DNA of 32,000 nt from an archaeon (GCA_024275415.1 JAJRZD010000064.1:60001-92000), one strand, 5' to 3'. Positions 1-10,114 are shown, counted from the stretch's first letter. Notes: a model not told the origin generated them from the sequence alone. Translations and numbers: made by a program.

Positions 1-161
1 TGGGACTAATGCGTCTGTTATTAAGGCATTACCTGATGGAAGCCCAAAGAATCCTGAGTACTGCTACCCTTGAGAAACCAGTTCTTCCTCAAGATTTACG
101 GAAACTAATACTTTCCGAACAAACCACAAAGGACATCATTCTAGCGAGGCGAAACCCATGA
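1..161 (+). CDS. 3' end of a gene entering from the left edge (partial, unknown product)
   Basis: Open frame from nt 3 (GLMRLLLRHYLMEAQRILS...ARRNP*) whose TGA (159-161) overlaps the next ATG (ATGA), typical of translational coupling. Confidence 0.6.
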   Translation, partial: GLMRLLLRHYLMEAQRILSTATLEKPVLPQDLRKLILSEQTTKDIILARRNP

Positions 162-1078
162 GCTATTCAATTCTGCGTTTCATCGAATTGCTTGATGAGG
201 CGTTCCCCCAGTTATTTAACTCCGTTATGAAACGCATCCCTATACTCGTAACCGGAAGTGATATCGAACTTGTCGACGATCTGGTCGAAAGTGTCACCCA
301 TCTAGCCCCACACCGCCACAGACTTGTGTTTTGGAGGGACTTCACATCCGAGCATGAAATACTATCAGTCTGGGAGGAGGAGCGACATAATTATGAGGTC
401 AACAGGACTATTGTTTACAGCCTGGCATCAAATCTTAGATTAGCTCTAGAGCGCAATCGTAACTTCTCCGGATGGATTATTGGGGTCGCACTCTCAAACA
501 AGTCAGAAGGTTCCTACGTCAGTAGGCCTGAATTAGAAGAAGTCATCACCTATATCACACAGACCTCAAAATCATATGGCCATCTTGAACTGGTCGCTCC
601 TTCATCAATGAAATTCACCCTTTTTAGTGAAAACGAAAGCAATCTAAATGTCGAAAAGAAGATAGTAAACAAGATTCTTACACGAAAGACGCAGTCATTA
701 GAACGAATTCGTCGTCTTTTAGGTAAATCCCTGAAAGGCACCCTAATATCACATGATACGGTTTATGCAGTATTGAACATTGATGATGAAGCAGAAACGA
801 TTACTCAAGATATGTTTGAAGAAGAGGTGAACAACTTTGTACATGCTGCAAGACGAGCAGTGACTCTTCTTTCAAGGATTCGGCTGGCAAGGGAGTTGGG
901 CGCTTCTACCGTTCTTACAGAGCGTAATCTATGTGAAGCTATTGGATGGGATGGTGGAGGGCTTGAGGATTTGATCAGGTTCATTCACGCCGAATGGCAT
1001 GAGGACTTTTCAGACTGCGTGAAGACCGGGGCACTCTCTGGTTTGGGAGCTTGGGTCGATAGTATGTGGGGTGGATAG
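158..1078 (+). CDS. Hypothetical protein with possible cDENN-like domain
   Basis: 306-aa ORF; LFNSVMKRIPILVTGSDIELVDDLVESVTHLAP and FSGWIIGV resemble the DENN core pattern; directly upstream of a small GTPase. The CDS is confident, the domain call is tentative. Confidence 0.55.
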   Translation: MSYSILRFIELLDEAFPQLFNSVMKRIPILVTGSDIELVDDLVESVTHLAPHRHRLVFWRDFTSEHEILSVWEEERHNYEVNRTIVYSLASNLRLALERNRNFSGWIIGVALSNKSEGSYVSRPELEEVITYITQTSKSYGHLELVAPSSMKFTLFSENESNLNVEKKIVNKILTRKTQSLERIRRLLGKSLKGTLISHDTVYAVLNIDDEAETITQDMFEEEVNNFVHAARRAVTLLSRIRLARELGASTVLTERNLCEAIGWDGGGLEDLIRFIHAEWHEDFSDCVKTGALSGLGAWVDSMWGG

Positions 1079-1090
1079 GAGGTAGAGATT

Positions 1091-1672
1091 TTGATTGTTG
1101 ATTATGGAACTCGAACTATTGGACTAAAAATCGTATTCTTCGGACCCGCAATGAGTGGAAAAACCACATCCATAAAATGGCTTTTCAAAAGCTTGGACTG
1201 TGCAGACAGATTGACCTCGATTGAGAACACTGTCGGCCGAACGATGTTTTGCGATTTTGGATCCATTCCTTTTACTTTGGGTGACAGCTGGACAATTAAT
1301 ACACATGTCTGGTCTGCCACAGGTCAAGACTTCTACCGTTCAACACGAGAAGTGGTTCTAGTCGGGTCTGACGGAATAATTTTTGTTGCCGACTCACAAA
1401 AATCACTGTTGGATGAGAACCTTGCAAGTTGGAACGAACTAATGGATCTAATGCCTAAAGACGAACATCCTCTACCTGTTGTGGTCTGTTTAAACAAACA
1501 GGATTTACCCGATGCAATCGATGAAGATAGGTTTAGAAGACATCTCAAGATACCTCCCTCAATACCCATCATCCGAAGTGTAGCAATGAATGGTATTAAT
1601 GTGGTGGAAGCATTCGAAAGACTATTTCATGCTGCCATGAAATCGAATGCCATGATGTCCTCAGCGCGATAA
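1091..1672 (+). CDS. MglA-like small GTPase (Ras superfamily)
   Basis: G1 GPAMSGKTT, RTMFCDF (MglA RTLFFDF), SATGQ in place of DxxGQ (MglA TVPGQ), DGIIFVADS, G4 NKQD; TTG start after GGAGGT. Confidence 0.85.
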   Translation: MIVDYGTRTIGLKIVFFGPAMSGKTTSIKWLFKSLDCADRLTSIENTVGRTMFCDFGSIPFTLGDSWTINTHVWSATGQDFYRSTREVVLVGSDGIIFVADSQKSLLDENLASWNELMDLMPKDEHPLPVVVCLNKQDLPDAIDEDRFRRHLKIPPSIPIIRSVAMNGINVVEAFERLFHAAMKSNAMMSSAR

Positions 1673-1767
1673 TTTCGCTCTCAGCGATTACTTTATACGA
1701 ATCGAATCATGCCGCTGGACTGAATTCACCCATTCAAATGAATGGCAACATCTCTGAGGTATTATTC

Positions 1768-3444
1768 TTGGAGTCCTTGAAAAATCACGCAAGATTCATC
1801 TTCGTCACCGGAGGAGTTCTGTCCGGAATAGGGAAAGGAGTCACAACTGCCTCGATTGCAAAACTGTTACAATTCAGAGGATATAAAATTAGGATTCTCA
1901 AGATTGACCCCTACTTGAATATAGATCCAGGCACAATGAATCCCATCGAACATGGCGAGGTATTCGTTACCGATCAGACATGGGTGTTCAAACCTGTTGA
2001 GGGATTCGAATTCAAGATATCCGAAATAGACTTGGATTTTGGAACATATGAGAGGTTTACTGGGATCGAAGTTCATCCTTCCCAGAACATCACATCAGGC
2101 CAGATTTATCTGTCTGTTATTTTGGGAGAGCGTAAAGGGAATTACCTCGGTAGCACGGTTCAAATCATACCTCATATCACTGATCAAATCAAACAGAGAA
2201 TATGGGATGCAGCTGCCCAAGATCCAATACCCGATGTTGTTCTAGTTGAGATTGGGGGCACTGTGGGTGATATTGAGGCAATGCCTTTCTTAGAGTCGGT
2301 TCGTCAGCTTGCGAGGGAAGTCGGCCGAAACCGAGTAGCATTCGTCCATGTCACACTAGTACCCTACATGCCTTCCGTTGGCGAATTCAAAACAAAGCCC
2401 ACTCAACATAGTGTTAGAACACTCCAAGGATTGGGGCTCCAACCTGATATTGTCGTGTGTAGGGCTGAAAAAGAACTGACTGAATCTGCAGAACGAAAAA
2501 TCGCTTTATTCTGCAACATCCCTGAAAATAGAGTGATTTCCAATCCTGATATCCCTGTCATCTATCAGCTTCCTCTGTCCTTTGAAGAACAGGAATTAGG
2601 GAGCATCATCACCACCCATCTAGGACTCGAAAATCGCTCCGCTATAACAGATGATTGGATTAATACCGTGAAATCATTCAGGAACCCCAAGAATACAGTC
2701 ACAATTGCAATGCCTGGAAAATATACTAGCCTTGGTGATTCCTACAAGAGCATCAATGAAGCTCTCTTCCACGCATCGGCTACTCTGGGTACCAAAGTTG
2801 AGATCAAATGGATTGAAACAGAAGAGCGTTGTGATGTGGAGTGCCTAGTGGAGGATCTTGCTGAAGTAGATGGCATTTTGCTGACTCCTGGGTTTGGAAA
2901 AAGGGGGGTTGAAGGTATGATTAATGCTGCAGCAGTAAGCCTTGACAAGAAAATCCCCTTTCTTGGAATATGCTATGGTGCTCAATTGGGGATTGTTGCT
3001 TTTGCTCGTCATCTAATGGGTTGGAAAGGTGCCCATACCACTGAGGTAGATTCCAATAGCCTATTTCCGGTCGTGGATCTGATGGACGAGCAAAAAACAA
3101 CTGAGGATATGGGAGGTACAATGCGCTTAGGCGGACATGAAGTTGTTCTAAGGGAAGAAAGCTTCCTCTATCAGTTATATGGCACCAAGAATATCCGTGA
3201 ACGTTTTCGCCATCGATATCACCTCATCGAACGCTATGTCAGTCGGATGGCAGAGAAAGGATTAGAAATCGCCGCATATGACCCCTCTGGTACAATTATC
3301 AATGCCGTCGAACTAACAACCCACCCATTCTGGATTGGAGTTCAATATCATCCAGAGTTCAAATCACAGCCTAGCAAACCGCATCCACTGTACCTTGGGT
3401 TAATCAAGGCTGGACTGGACTATAAGGCAATGAGGGAGTCATAG
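1768..3444 (+). CDS. pyrG: CTP synthase
   Basis: IFVTGGVLSGIGKG, KIDPYLNIDPGTMNP, KTKPTQHSV, glutaminase GICYG and QYHPEF; start uncertain (TTG at 1768 or 1777). Confidence 0.97.
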   Translation: MESLKNHARFIFVTGGVLSGIGKGVTTASIAKLLQFRGYKIRILKIDPYLNIDPGTMNPIEHGEVFVTDQTWVFKPVEGFEFKISEIDLDFGTYERFTGIEVHPSQNITSGQIYLSVILGERKGNYLGSTVQIIPHITDQIKQRIWDAAAQDPIPDVVLVEIGGTVGDIEAMPFLESVRQLAREVGRNRVAFVHVTLVPYMPSVGEFKTKPTQHSVRTLQGLGLQPDIVVCRAEKELTESAERKIALFCNIPENRVISNPDIPVIYQLPLSFEEQELGSIITTHLGLENRSAITDDWINTVKSFRNPKNTVTIAMPGKYTSLGDSYKSINEALFHASATLGTKVEIKWIETEERCDVECLVEDLAEVDGILLTPGFGKRGVEGMINAAAVSLDKKIPFLGICYGAQLGIVAFARHLMGWKGAHTTEVDSNSLFPVVDLMDEQKTTEDMGGTMRLGGHEVVLREESFLYQLYGTKNIRERFRHRYHLIERYVSRMAEKGLEIAAYDPSGTIINAVELTTHPFWIGVQYHPEFKSQPSKPHPLYLGLIKAGLDYKAMRES

Positions 3445-4607
3445 TGGATAAGAATCTTGACAAGATGCTATCACTATTGGTGGATGAGATTGAACGGGTC
3501 GAAACGACAAAATCACGATTTGGCAAAGCAATGCGCGAAATAAAACATGAGATTGATCTAGGCAAATATCCCGCACTAGTAATTGATACACTTGAAACAA
3601 GGTTCACAACGAGGATTGTACCTACGCAGTTAGACGGCTTGAGGATTGCTGGGATCGATGGTGGGCTATCTCGAAAGCGTTTCAATGCAATGGATCTGTT
3701 GTTGACCCGTGCTATTGCAGTCATATTCCATTTTCAATCTGATGGTGGCCCTATTGTGGATTTTTTTCCTGATGCCTTTCCTGAACCAAACGCCAAACTT
3801 GTCATGCTATCTATGTCTGGACAAGAACTTGATCAACTTGCTTCACTGGAAAGGATTGCAGAGGAACTCAAAGTGGCCATCTCTGCTGTTGATGAATTTC
3901 ACGTAGATATCGTTCTTATGGACGGGAGTCTGATTTACCATCCCCGAGACCGTCCTCCAGTAGGTTCAGCCACTGAAAGCAAATTCCAAGAGGTTCTGGC
4001 GTTATATAGGCAGCTCTATAATAAGATGGCGAGAAAGAGAGCAATGTTGGTGGGTATCGTTAAGGACAGTCGGTCGACACGGGTTACCAAAATGCTTGGA
4101 GACCTCCTACCTCATCTCTTGCGGAAGTCTGATCTCTATGAGAAGATGCAAGGAATAGATTATCGGTGGTTAGTAAAGATATCCCGCGACTGTGATTTGT
4201 TAGATACGTTTCTCGAAGAAGGCGAGCGGACATTCATATTTCGATATACTAATGAGATTAAGCAGTCAGTATCAACACTTCCTGCAGATTTGGTACCATG
4301 GGCATCGTCAATCTGGGTGACCTATCTCAAAACTGCACGAGATGACTTGCCTCTGCGAATCGAGGTGATGGTCAAATCGGAAGGTGTTGAAGGTATTGGT
4401 CAACTAGATAGAGCTCTTTCAGCCATACTTCCTCTTTCATATCAACATCCGGAATTCGGACTGCCAACCCCAATTCTTGAAGCAGACGCTCGAGCCAAGA
4501 TTAGCAATAACGAAACCCGTTTGGTCATTGACCGTTTGCTTGCGTTGTCCGGTCTAACTTACTCCACTATTGAAAAGAGAAGGGCGCGGAACCCTTTTGG
4601 AGGTTGA
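3444..4607 (+). CDS. nurA: NurA 5'-3' nuclease
   Basis: IAGIDGG, LMDGSL, VGIVKDS, P.PI.EAD..AKI motifs; adjacent to herA. Confidence 0.9.
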   Translation: MDKNLDKMLSLLVDEIERVETTKSRFGKAMREIKHEIDLGKYPALVIDTLETRFTTRIVPTQLDGLRIAGIDGGLSRKRFNAMDLLLTRAIAVIFHFQSDGGPIVDFFPDAFPEPNAKLVMLSMSGQELDQLASLERIAEELKVAISAVDEFHVDIVLMDGSLIYHPRDRPPVGSATESKFQEVLALYRQLYNKMARKRAMLVGIVKDSRSTRVTKMLGDLLPHLLRKSDLYEKMQGIDYRWLVKISRDCDLLDTFLEEGERTFIFRYTNEIKQSVSTLPADLVPWASSIWVTYLKTARDDLPLRIEVMVKSEGVEGIGQLDRALSAILPLSYQHPEFGLPTPILEADARAKISNNETRLVIDRLLALSGLTYSTIEKRRARNPFGG

Positions 4608-4611
4608 ATCT

Positions 4612-6138
4612 TTGCCTGCATACCATCCTAGCCATCGACTTGGAACAGTTATCTGCACAAATGAAGATCCTAATGTTCTCGAGTTCTCCTTTGTTCTGGA
4701 AGGAGGGCTTAACGAAGTGACTGTCAAACGAGGCGAGTTTGTTGCCGTTGAAGCCGAGTTTGGAACTGTCGTTGCAAGTGTTCGAGACTTGGTTCGCACT
4801 AATAGATACTTCCAGCATGCAGAAGCTGTTAGAGAATACCAGTCGCGGGGCGAACCTCTTCGTTCTATATTCCCGACGGATCGTTGGCAATATACCCTTG
4901 CACATACTAGAGTTGTAGGTTTTTGGATTAACAACCGCACGGTACGACCTTATACGGCTGTTTCACCTGGTGCGGTGGTTCGGAGGATTGAAGAAGACGT
5001 TCTTGCACGGTTCCTCCGGTTGGATGCAGAAGATGGATTGAATCTTGGAACCATTGCCAATCATAATGTTGAATTCAGGGCTTCCGTTGATAAATTACTG
5101 TCAAAACATGTCGCTGTCTTAGCCATGTCTGGTGCTGGAAAGAGCTACTTCATCTCTGTGATGTTGGAAGAATTGCTCAAGCGGTCAAGAGAGCAGGGAC
5201 GGCTGAGTGTTGTAGTGATTGATGTGCATGGAGAATATTCGTACCTTCAAGACCTATCGGCCCATGACTTGGGCATTCCAGAGAACAGTTTCGAGGTCGA
5301 ACACATCCGAGGCGCCCATATTCAAATACCTGTGAGTTCATTGACCGCAGAAGCCTTGGGGTCTTTCGCCTCGGGAATGAGCGAGGTACAGAAGCGTGAT
5401 CTTCGGATGGCGATATCAGACATCCGAAAAAGTCTCAAGAAAGAGTACAATCTTTCCGATATCATTCAGAAAGTCAAAGATGATGATACTATCAGCAAAA
5501 ACACAAGAGAAGCACTCATTGGATGGCTATTCAACCTTGAAAGCACTGGGCTTTTTGGGAAAGAAGCTTTCCCCAAGCTTGTGGAAATAATCCGTCCTGG
5601 GAAAGTCACCCTGATTGATTTAAGCGATTTCATAAGCCTGAAGAAGAAACAAATCATTGTGTCCCATCTGGTAGGAGAGCTACTGAACTATCGCCGCCAA
5701 AACAGAATACCTCCTTTTCTATTAATCTTAGAAGAATCACATCAATTCTGTCCAGAAAGCAGGCACGAGCTTGCAATTCCGAAACCAAGGATTGAAACGA
5801 TTGCACGTGAGGGGCGAAAGTTCTATGCTCTGTTATGTCTGGTCACACAACGTCCTGTGAAATTATCTACGACAGTCCTCAGTCAATGTAGCAACCAAGT
5901 GATTCTTCGATGCACTAACCCCTATGATTTAGATCATATCGGAAGATCCAGTGAGGGAATTGACAGGTCTTCATTGGATGCGATTACCACGCTGGAAGTG
6001 GGTGAGGCTCTCTTTGTTGGCGAAACTGTGTCAGTTCCCACTTTTGTTAAAATTAGAAAAAGGTCATTTGAACCAAAAGATCATACTCAAAATCTTTCTG
6101 AGGCACTGCTAAAGTCTGAACAGAAAGGTCACAGATAA
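4612..6138 (+). CDS. herA: HerA bipolar helicase/ATPase
   Basis: N-terminal HAS-barrel-like region, Walker A AMSGAGKS, IDVHGEY, LEESHQF, IAREGRKF, TQRP; start probably TTG 4612 after GGAGGT (frame is open from 4570). Confidence 0.92.
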   Translation: MPAYHPSHRLGTVICTNEDPNVLEFSFVLEGGLNEVTVKRGEFVAVEAEFGTVVASVRDLVRTNRYFQHAEAVREYQSRGEPLRSIFPTDRWQYTLAHTRVVGFWINNRTVRPYTAVSPGAVVRRIEEDVLARFLRLDAEDGLNLGTIANHNVEFRASVDKLLSKHVAVLAMSGAGKSYFISVMLEELLKRSREQGRLSVVVIDVHGEYSYLQDLSAHDLGIPENSFEVEHIRGAHIQIPVSSLTAEALGSFASGMSEVQKRDLRMAISDIRKSLKKEYNLSDIIQKVKDDDTISKNTREALIGWLFNLESTGLFGKEAFPKLVEIIRPGKVTLIDLSDFISLKKKQIIVSHLVGELLNYRRQNRIPPFLLILEESHQFCPESRHELAIPKPRIETIAREGRKFYALLCLVTQRPVKLSTTVLSQCSNQVILRCTNPYDLDHIGRSSEGIDRSSLDAITTLEVGEALFVGETVSVPTFVKIRKRSFEPKDHTQNLSEALLKSEQKGHR

Positions 6139-6187
6139 ACAACCAATAATCTGATAAACACGCACGAGAAACTAAGTTGGGGCTACC

Positions 6188-6739
6188 ATGTCTGAGAGTA
6201 ATGGATTAGATGATATCTACAAGATAATCGATGATATGCAAGCGAGATTGGTAGAACTCTTCGATCAATTCCGTGAGCTACGCATCCGACTAGGCCAAAA
6301 ACCATTGAATCTGGAGTCACTCTTGTCAACAAGTGATTCAACCACAACAACAGAAGACACCTCCGGAAAAGTAAAGATTCCAGAATCACCAGACCGAGTT
6401 TCTAAGAATGATACTCCAGAAAAAAGTCTGCGCTCTGAAGCACCATCACGAACGAGTGATAGTCCTGATATGGCATTTGATGTTCGGGTTTCGAGATTGC
6501 TAGATCCTATCAGCCATGAACTAACTACAGGAAGCTCTCCCGCTGAGGTGATTGCTGAGTATCTTCAGGCTGCCAAAGACGACTTGATAATGGATGATTC
6601 CAAGCATGATAAAGTTGCTCGCGACATGGACATTGTATTGAAATTCCTAAGAGCGCGGGGTAGACGTGGCATTCGTCCTGAAGAACGGGACAACATCATT
6701 CGACGGATAAAAAGGTGGAAAGCCCATCTTAGCAAGTGA
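6188..6739 (+). CDS. Hypothetical protein (N-terminal helix/coiled coil, S/T/P-rich linker, helical C-terminal domain)
   Basis: 183-aa ATG ORF co-oriented with herA; no recognisable family. Confidence 0.75.
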   Translation: MSESNGLDDIYKIIDDMQARLVELFDQFRELRIRLGQKPLNLESLLSTSDSTTTTEDTSGKVKIPESPDRVSKNDTPEKSLRSEAPSRTSDSPDMAFDVRVSRLLDPISHELTTGSSPAEVIAEYLQAAKDDLIMDDSKHDKVARDMDIVLKFLRARGRRGIRPEERDNIIRRIKRWKAHLSK

Positions 6740-6776
6740 CCGCTTGCAACAAAGTCGGATGGGCCGTTTTTCACAA

Positions 6777-7070
6777 TTACAAATCTATTATGATTCTCTT
6801 GATTTTCGTTTTTGATATCTTCTTCAAACCATGTTGACCTGGCTCATATCTATAGTCTAAAAGACCAGCCTCATACAATATCTTGATTTGCGCGCTAGCA
6901 TTTGCCTCAGTTCCACCGAGGTGCGTCGCTACCCTAGTTACATCTTTTTCACCCTCAAGTAGCAATTTCAAGATTTTAAGGCGAGTGCCTGAAGAGAGAG
7001 CACGGCCAATTCGCAAGATCTCTTCGTCATTATTGATTTCAAGTATTTCCGACAATGTCACACCTCGCAT
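6777..7070 (-). CDS. ArsR/SmtB-family winged-HTH transcriptional regulator
   Basis: ALSSGTRLKILKLL...VTRVATHLG.TEANASAQIKILYEAGLL; start at 7070 (ATG) or 7058 (TTG). Confidence 0.85.
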   Translation of the reverse strand: MRGVTLSEILEINNDEEILRIGRALSSGTRLKILKLLLEGEKDVTRVATHLGGTEANASAQIKILYEAGLLDYRYEPGQHGLKKISKTKIKRIIIDL

Positions 7071-7202
7071 CAAGTGGGCGATTCGTTCAAGTACGGGTTT
7101 AATAAGATTACTATGAATGAAAATAAACTTGGGGAAATGGCACTTGTCCGATGTCAATGCTTATAGGATATACTGCGAAAATCACGAATCGAGTGCGAGC
7201 AT

Positions 7203-9224
7203 ATGGAAGACAAAGGCGGATTTATAATTGGTTTTGATATTCTTCCCTCACACAGCCCTCGGTCACGGTCAGTCCCGAAATTCGCCGCAATAATCATGAA
7301 ACAAGGTGTCATTCTTAACGAATATTCCGAGATTTCCCGAAGGGGATTACTCAAACTCGTCAGAGAGATTGAACCGCTTTTTCTTTGCACAGATAACATC
7401 TTTGAGATAGTCCCAGACAGCAAATCACTGTTCAACCTAGTTGAGCGATTGCCAACAAAGACAAAGATAGTTCAAGTCACAGGGGTGCCGCCCCACCAAT
7501 CTTCGCTAAAGGCGCTTGCTCGAAGGCATAAAATTCCCTGTCGGGGGAAACCATCTCCCCTAGAGTCCGCTCGAATTGCCGCCCAACTCGTTGCACTTGG
7601 AGTCGGATATACTGTCGAGTGTTTCAGCGAACAGACAGAGATCAAGATTACCCGAGGGCGGAAGATGGGGCGTGGTGGACAAAGCGCAAACCGATACCGC
7701 AGAAAGCTTCATTCTCTTATCCAACAGATGACACGACATATCGAAAATGAATTGAAGATTGCAGAGATTCCATATGACAAAGACATCCGCCACTCTGACT
7801 TTGGCTATGCAAGTGCTCGACTTATTGCATACGCACCCCTCCCAGCAGTTAAAGGGCTGATTGAGTCAAAACGTGGTGGCGATTTCAACGTACTGATATC
7901 TCCAGTTCGAAAAAGAACGGAATTTCTCCCATTAGAGCCTAAACCTGTTCCCACTCATACGACCCCAAGGTATTTCATTTTGGGCATAGACCCCGGAACA
8001 ACTGCTGCAATATGTCTTCTCACACTAAACGGCCACATACATCGACTTGTGAGCAGAAAAGGGTTAGTTCGCGCTGACATAATCCGGCTGGTATACGAAG
8101 AAGGAATCCCCGTCATAGTCGCTTCAGATGTGCCGCAAGCTCCTAATCTAGTTGAGAAAGTAGCACGAGCTGTAAATGCTGAGATATTCACTCCAGACAG
8201 GCCCATTCCTGTATCGGAAAAACAGGAACTTGCAAGAGAATACTCAAGCGATATGAGAATTCGAAATGCACATGAGCGGGATGCGTTGACTGCTGCTGTC
8301 TACGCCTATCGAAGAATCCAATCCAAACTACAACAGATCGATAAGAAGATTCGAGATGACCAAATCTCCATCGACAGAAATCACCTCAAAGCATTAGTGA
8401 TTAAAGGGATGCCAATGGCGGAGGCTATATCGAAACTCAACCGTGAGGAGTCTGAGGTCATCGAGGAAATCCCCTCTCGTCCTATAGAGGAGGAACCTCT
8501 CACACCAGAGAAATTTGCAGCACTTAAGAAGAAGTACAGTGACCTACAACAAGACTATGGTCTTCTTCTAGAGCAGATGAACGATCTTCGTAGGCATATA
8601 GAATACCTTCGTTTTAGGGAGAATGAGTTGGAGTACAGCATCAAGATAATGAACCGAGAAAACTACTGGCGTGTGAAACGGGATCGAGAAGTTTCAAAGA
8701 AACAGTCGGAGATAAATACCCTGCGTACAGAGAACGAAAGACTTCGGAACAGGATTCGAGGTCTCGAACTACGACTTGATAGACTAGTCGGTGTCAAGAG
8801 ACTTGAGATGCGAGGTGATATGCTTGCAATCAAGACAATCCCTCACTTCACTCGTGAGAGCATCGAAGAATACTTGAGAAAAGTCGGTATTAGGTCCGGA
8901 GATGTCATTCTTTTTGAAGATGGATCCGGCGCCGGACCGCAAACTGCCAATCTTCTCATAGAACGGGAGATTCGAGCAGTTATTTTTGATACCCCTTTAT
9001 CCCATCTGTCAGTCGAAACACTTGTTGATGCCACAATTCCCGTGATTGATGCTAGGTCGGTTGAGCTGCAACGAATTGATGAGTTTGCTTTCATTAGCCG
9101 GAAGAAGTTTGAGAAGCAATTGGAATCATTCATGCTGGAAACAAAAGAACGAGCCAGAAAAAGGATTGAGGATCATCTTATTGAAATTGTAGAGGAGTAT
9201 CGTGAGTCGAGAAAGCAGTCATAA
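7203..9224 (+). CDS. DUF460-domain protein (COG2433-like; RNase H/YqgF-like domain plus coiled coil)
   Basis: IIGFDI, LCTDNIFE, ILGIDPGTTAA, HERDALTAA, long C-terminal coiled coil. Confidence 0.85.
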   Translation: MEDKGGFIIGFDILPSHSPRSRSVPKFAAIIMKQGVILNEYSEISRRGLLKLVREIEPLFLCTDNIFEIVPDSKSLFNLVERLPTKTKIVQVTGVPPHQSSLKALARRHKIPCRGKPSPLESARIAAQLVALGVGYTVECFSEQTEIKITRGRKMGRGGQSANRYRRKLHSLIQQMTRHIENELKIAEIPYDKDIRHSDFGYASARLIAYAPLPAVKGLIESKRGGDFNVLISPVRKRTEFLPLEPKPVPTHTTPRYFILGIDPGTTAAICLLTLNGHIHRLVSRKGLVRADIIRLVYEEGIPVIVASDVPQAPNLVEKVARAVNAEIFTPDRPIPVSEKQELAREYSSDMRIRNAHERDALTAAVYAYRRIQSKLQQIDKKIRDDQISIDRNHLKALVIKGMPMAEAISKLNREESEVIEEIPSRPIEEEPLTPEKFAALKKKYSDLQQDYGLLLEQMNDLRRHIEYLRFRENELEYSIKIMNRENYWRVKRDREVSKKQSEINTLRTENERLRNRIRGLELRLDRLVGVKRLEMRGDMLAIKTIPHFTRESIEEYLRKVGIRSGDVILFEDGSGAGPQTANLLIEREIRAVIFDTPLSHLSVETLVDATIPVIDARSVELQRIDEFAFISRKKFEKQLESFMLETKERARKRIEDHLIEIVEEYRESRKQS

Positions 9225-9287
9225 TTCCGTTGCCGATTAGATAGTCTTATATTCGGATAATGGGGATTTGCTCAAGAGGACATACAG

Positions 9288-9449
9288 ATGCCTGGTTCAC
9301 ACGGTTCACTTACAAAAGCTGGAAAAGTCAGAGAATCCACTCCAAAGGTTCAAGGCCGTGAAAGACACACACCAATTCCCCGAATCCGCAATAAGAGGAA
9401 CTATGAGAAAAGATTCGTACGCGGCATCACTATCGGGGTGCGAAAATAA
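9288..9449 (+). CDS. rps30e: 30S ribosomal protein S30e (53 aa, absent from the ORF track)
   Basis: Manual translation MPGSHGSLTKAGKVRESTPKVQGRERHTPIPRIRNKRNYEKRF..., the S30e signature. Confidence 0.95.
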   Translation: MPGSHGSLTKAGKVRESTPKVQGRERHTPIPRIRNKRNYEKRFVRGITIGVRK

Positions 9450-9489
9450 ATAGTTCCTTTCAATCTCTGGAAGATGTACCACTATTCCT

Positions 9490-10101
9490 TCATATGCTCT
9501 TCCTTTCAACTTCTAAAATCGAGTTTCCTTTAGAATACTGTGTAATCCCCTCCCATATCATTGGCGCCAAATCTCTCTTGAGTATTGGTTCGACAGCAGG
9601 TACAACAACCGCCATAATAATTGAAGTTGAAACCACATGAATGATCATGAATGGTAGGCCAAAAAGAACTGCAATATAATATTGGATCCCGAAGGCAAGT
9701 GAATATCCAATGTTCGTCACTAAATCAAAAATGAACGCCAAAAACCCCCCAGTGATGAACATCTTGCGCCTGCTTTGAAATGTGGTCAAGTCTTTTGGAC
9801 GCATCATCCCTCCAACCGCGGCAACGTACATCCATGCAATGACTTGGGTCGTCCAGATTTGAGGGATGAACGGTCCCCATGGGTTGAAGGATGCAAAGAT
9901 TAAGGAAGTCAACAGAGCCGTCCATATCCCGATTTCTAACCCAAACACAAGTGACGTGATGAAGATTATGACAGTCCCCAACTCGACATTTGGGATTGGA
10001 ACTAGCACATAATTACCGAGAAGTGCGAGGGCAGTCATGTTGGCAATGATTGCCACTCGCTTACTTTTCGGGATGAAATATCTCTCCTTCTTTTCTCCCA
10101 T
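9490..10101 (-). CDS. ECF transporter S-component, CbrT (cobalamin)-like
   Basis: Multi-TM protein, RVAIIANMTALAL, IPNVE motif, LVFG..IG; co-transcribed with a DUF4430 gene. Confidence 0.75.
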   Translation of the reverse strand: MGEKKERYFIPKSKRVAIIANMTALALLGNYVLVPIPNVELGTVIIFITSLVFGLEIGIWTALLTSLIFASFNPWGPFIPQIWTTQVIAWMYVAAVGGMMRPKDLTTFQSRRKMFITGGFLAFIFDLVTNIGYSLAFGIQYYIAVLFGLPFMIIHVVSTSIIMAVVVPAVEPILKRDLAPMIWEGITQYSKGNSILEVERKSI

Positions 10102-10114
10102 GCGCTTCACACAT

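Noticed and set aside
9268-9509. Track ORFs 9268-9453 (+) and 9306-9509 (-)
   Set aside because: Shadows of the real rps30e gene in another frame (9288-9449)
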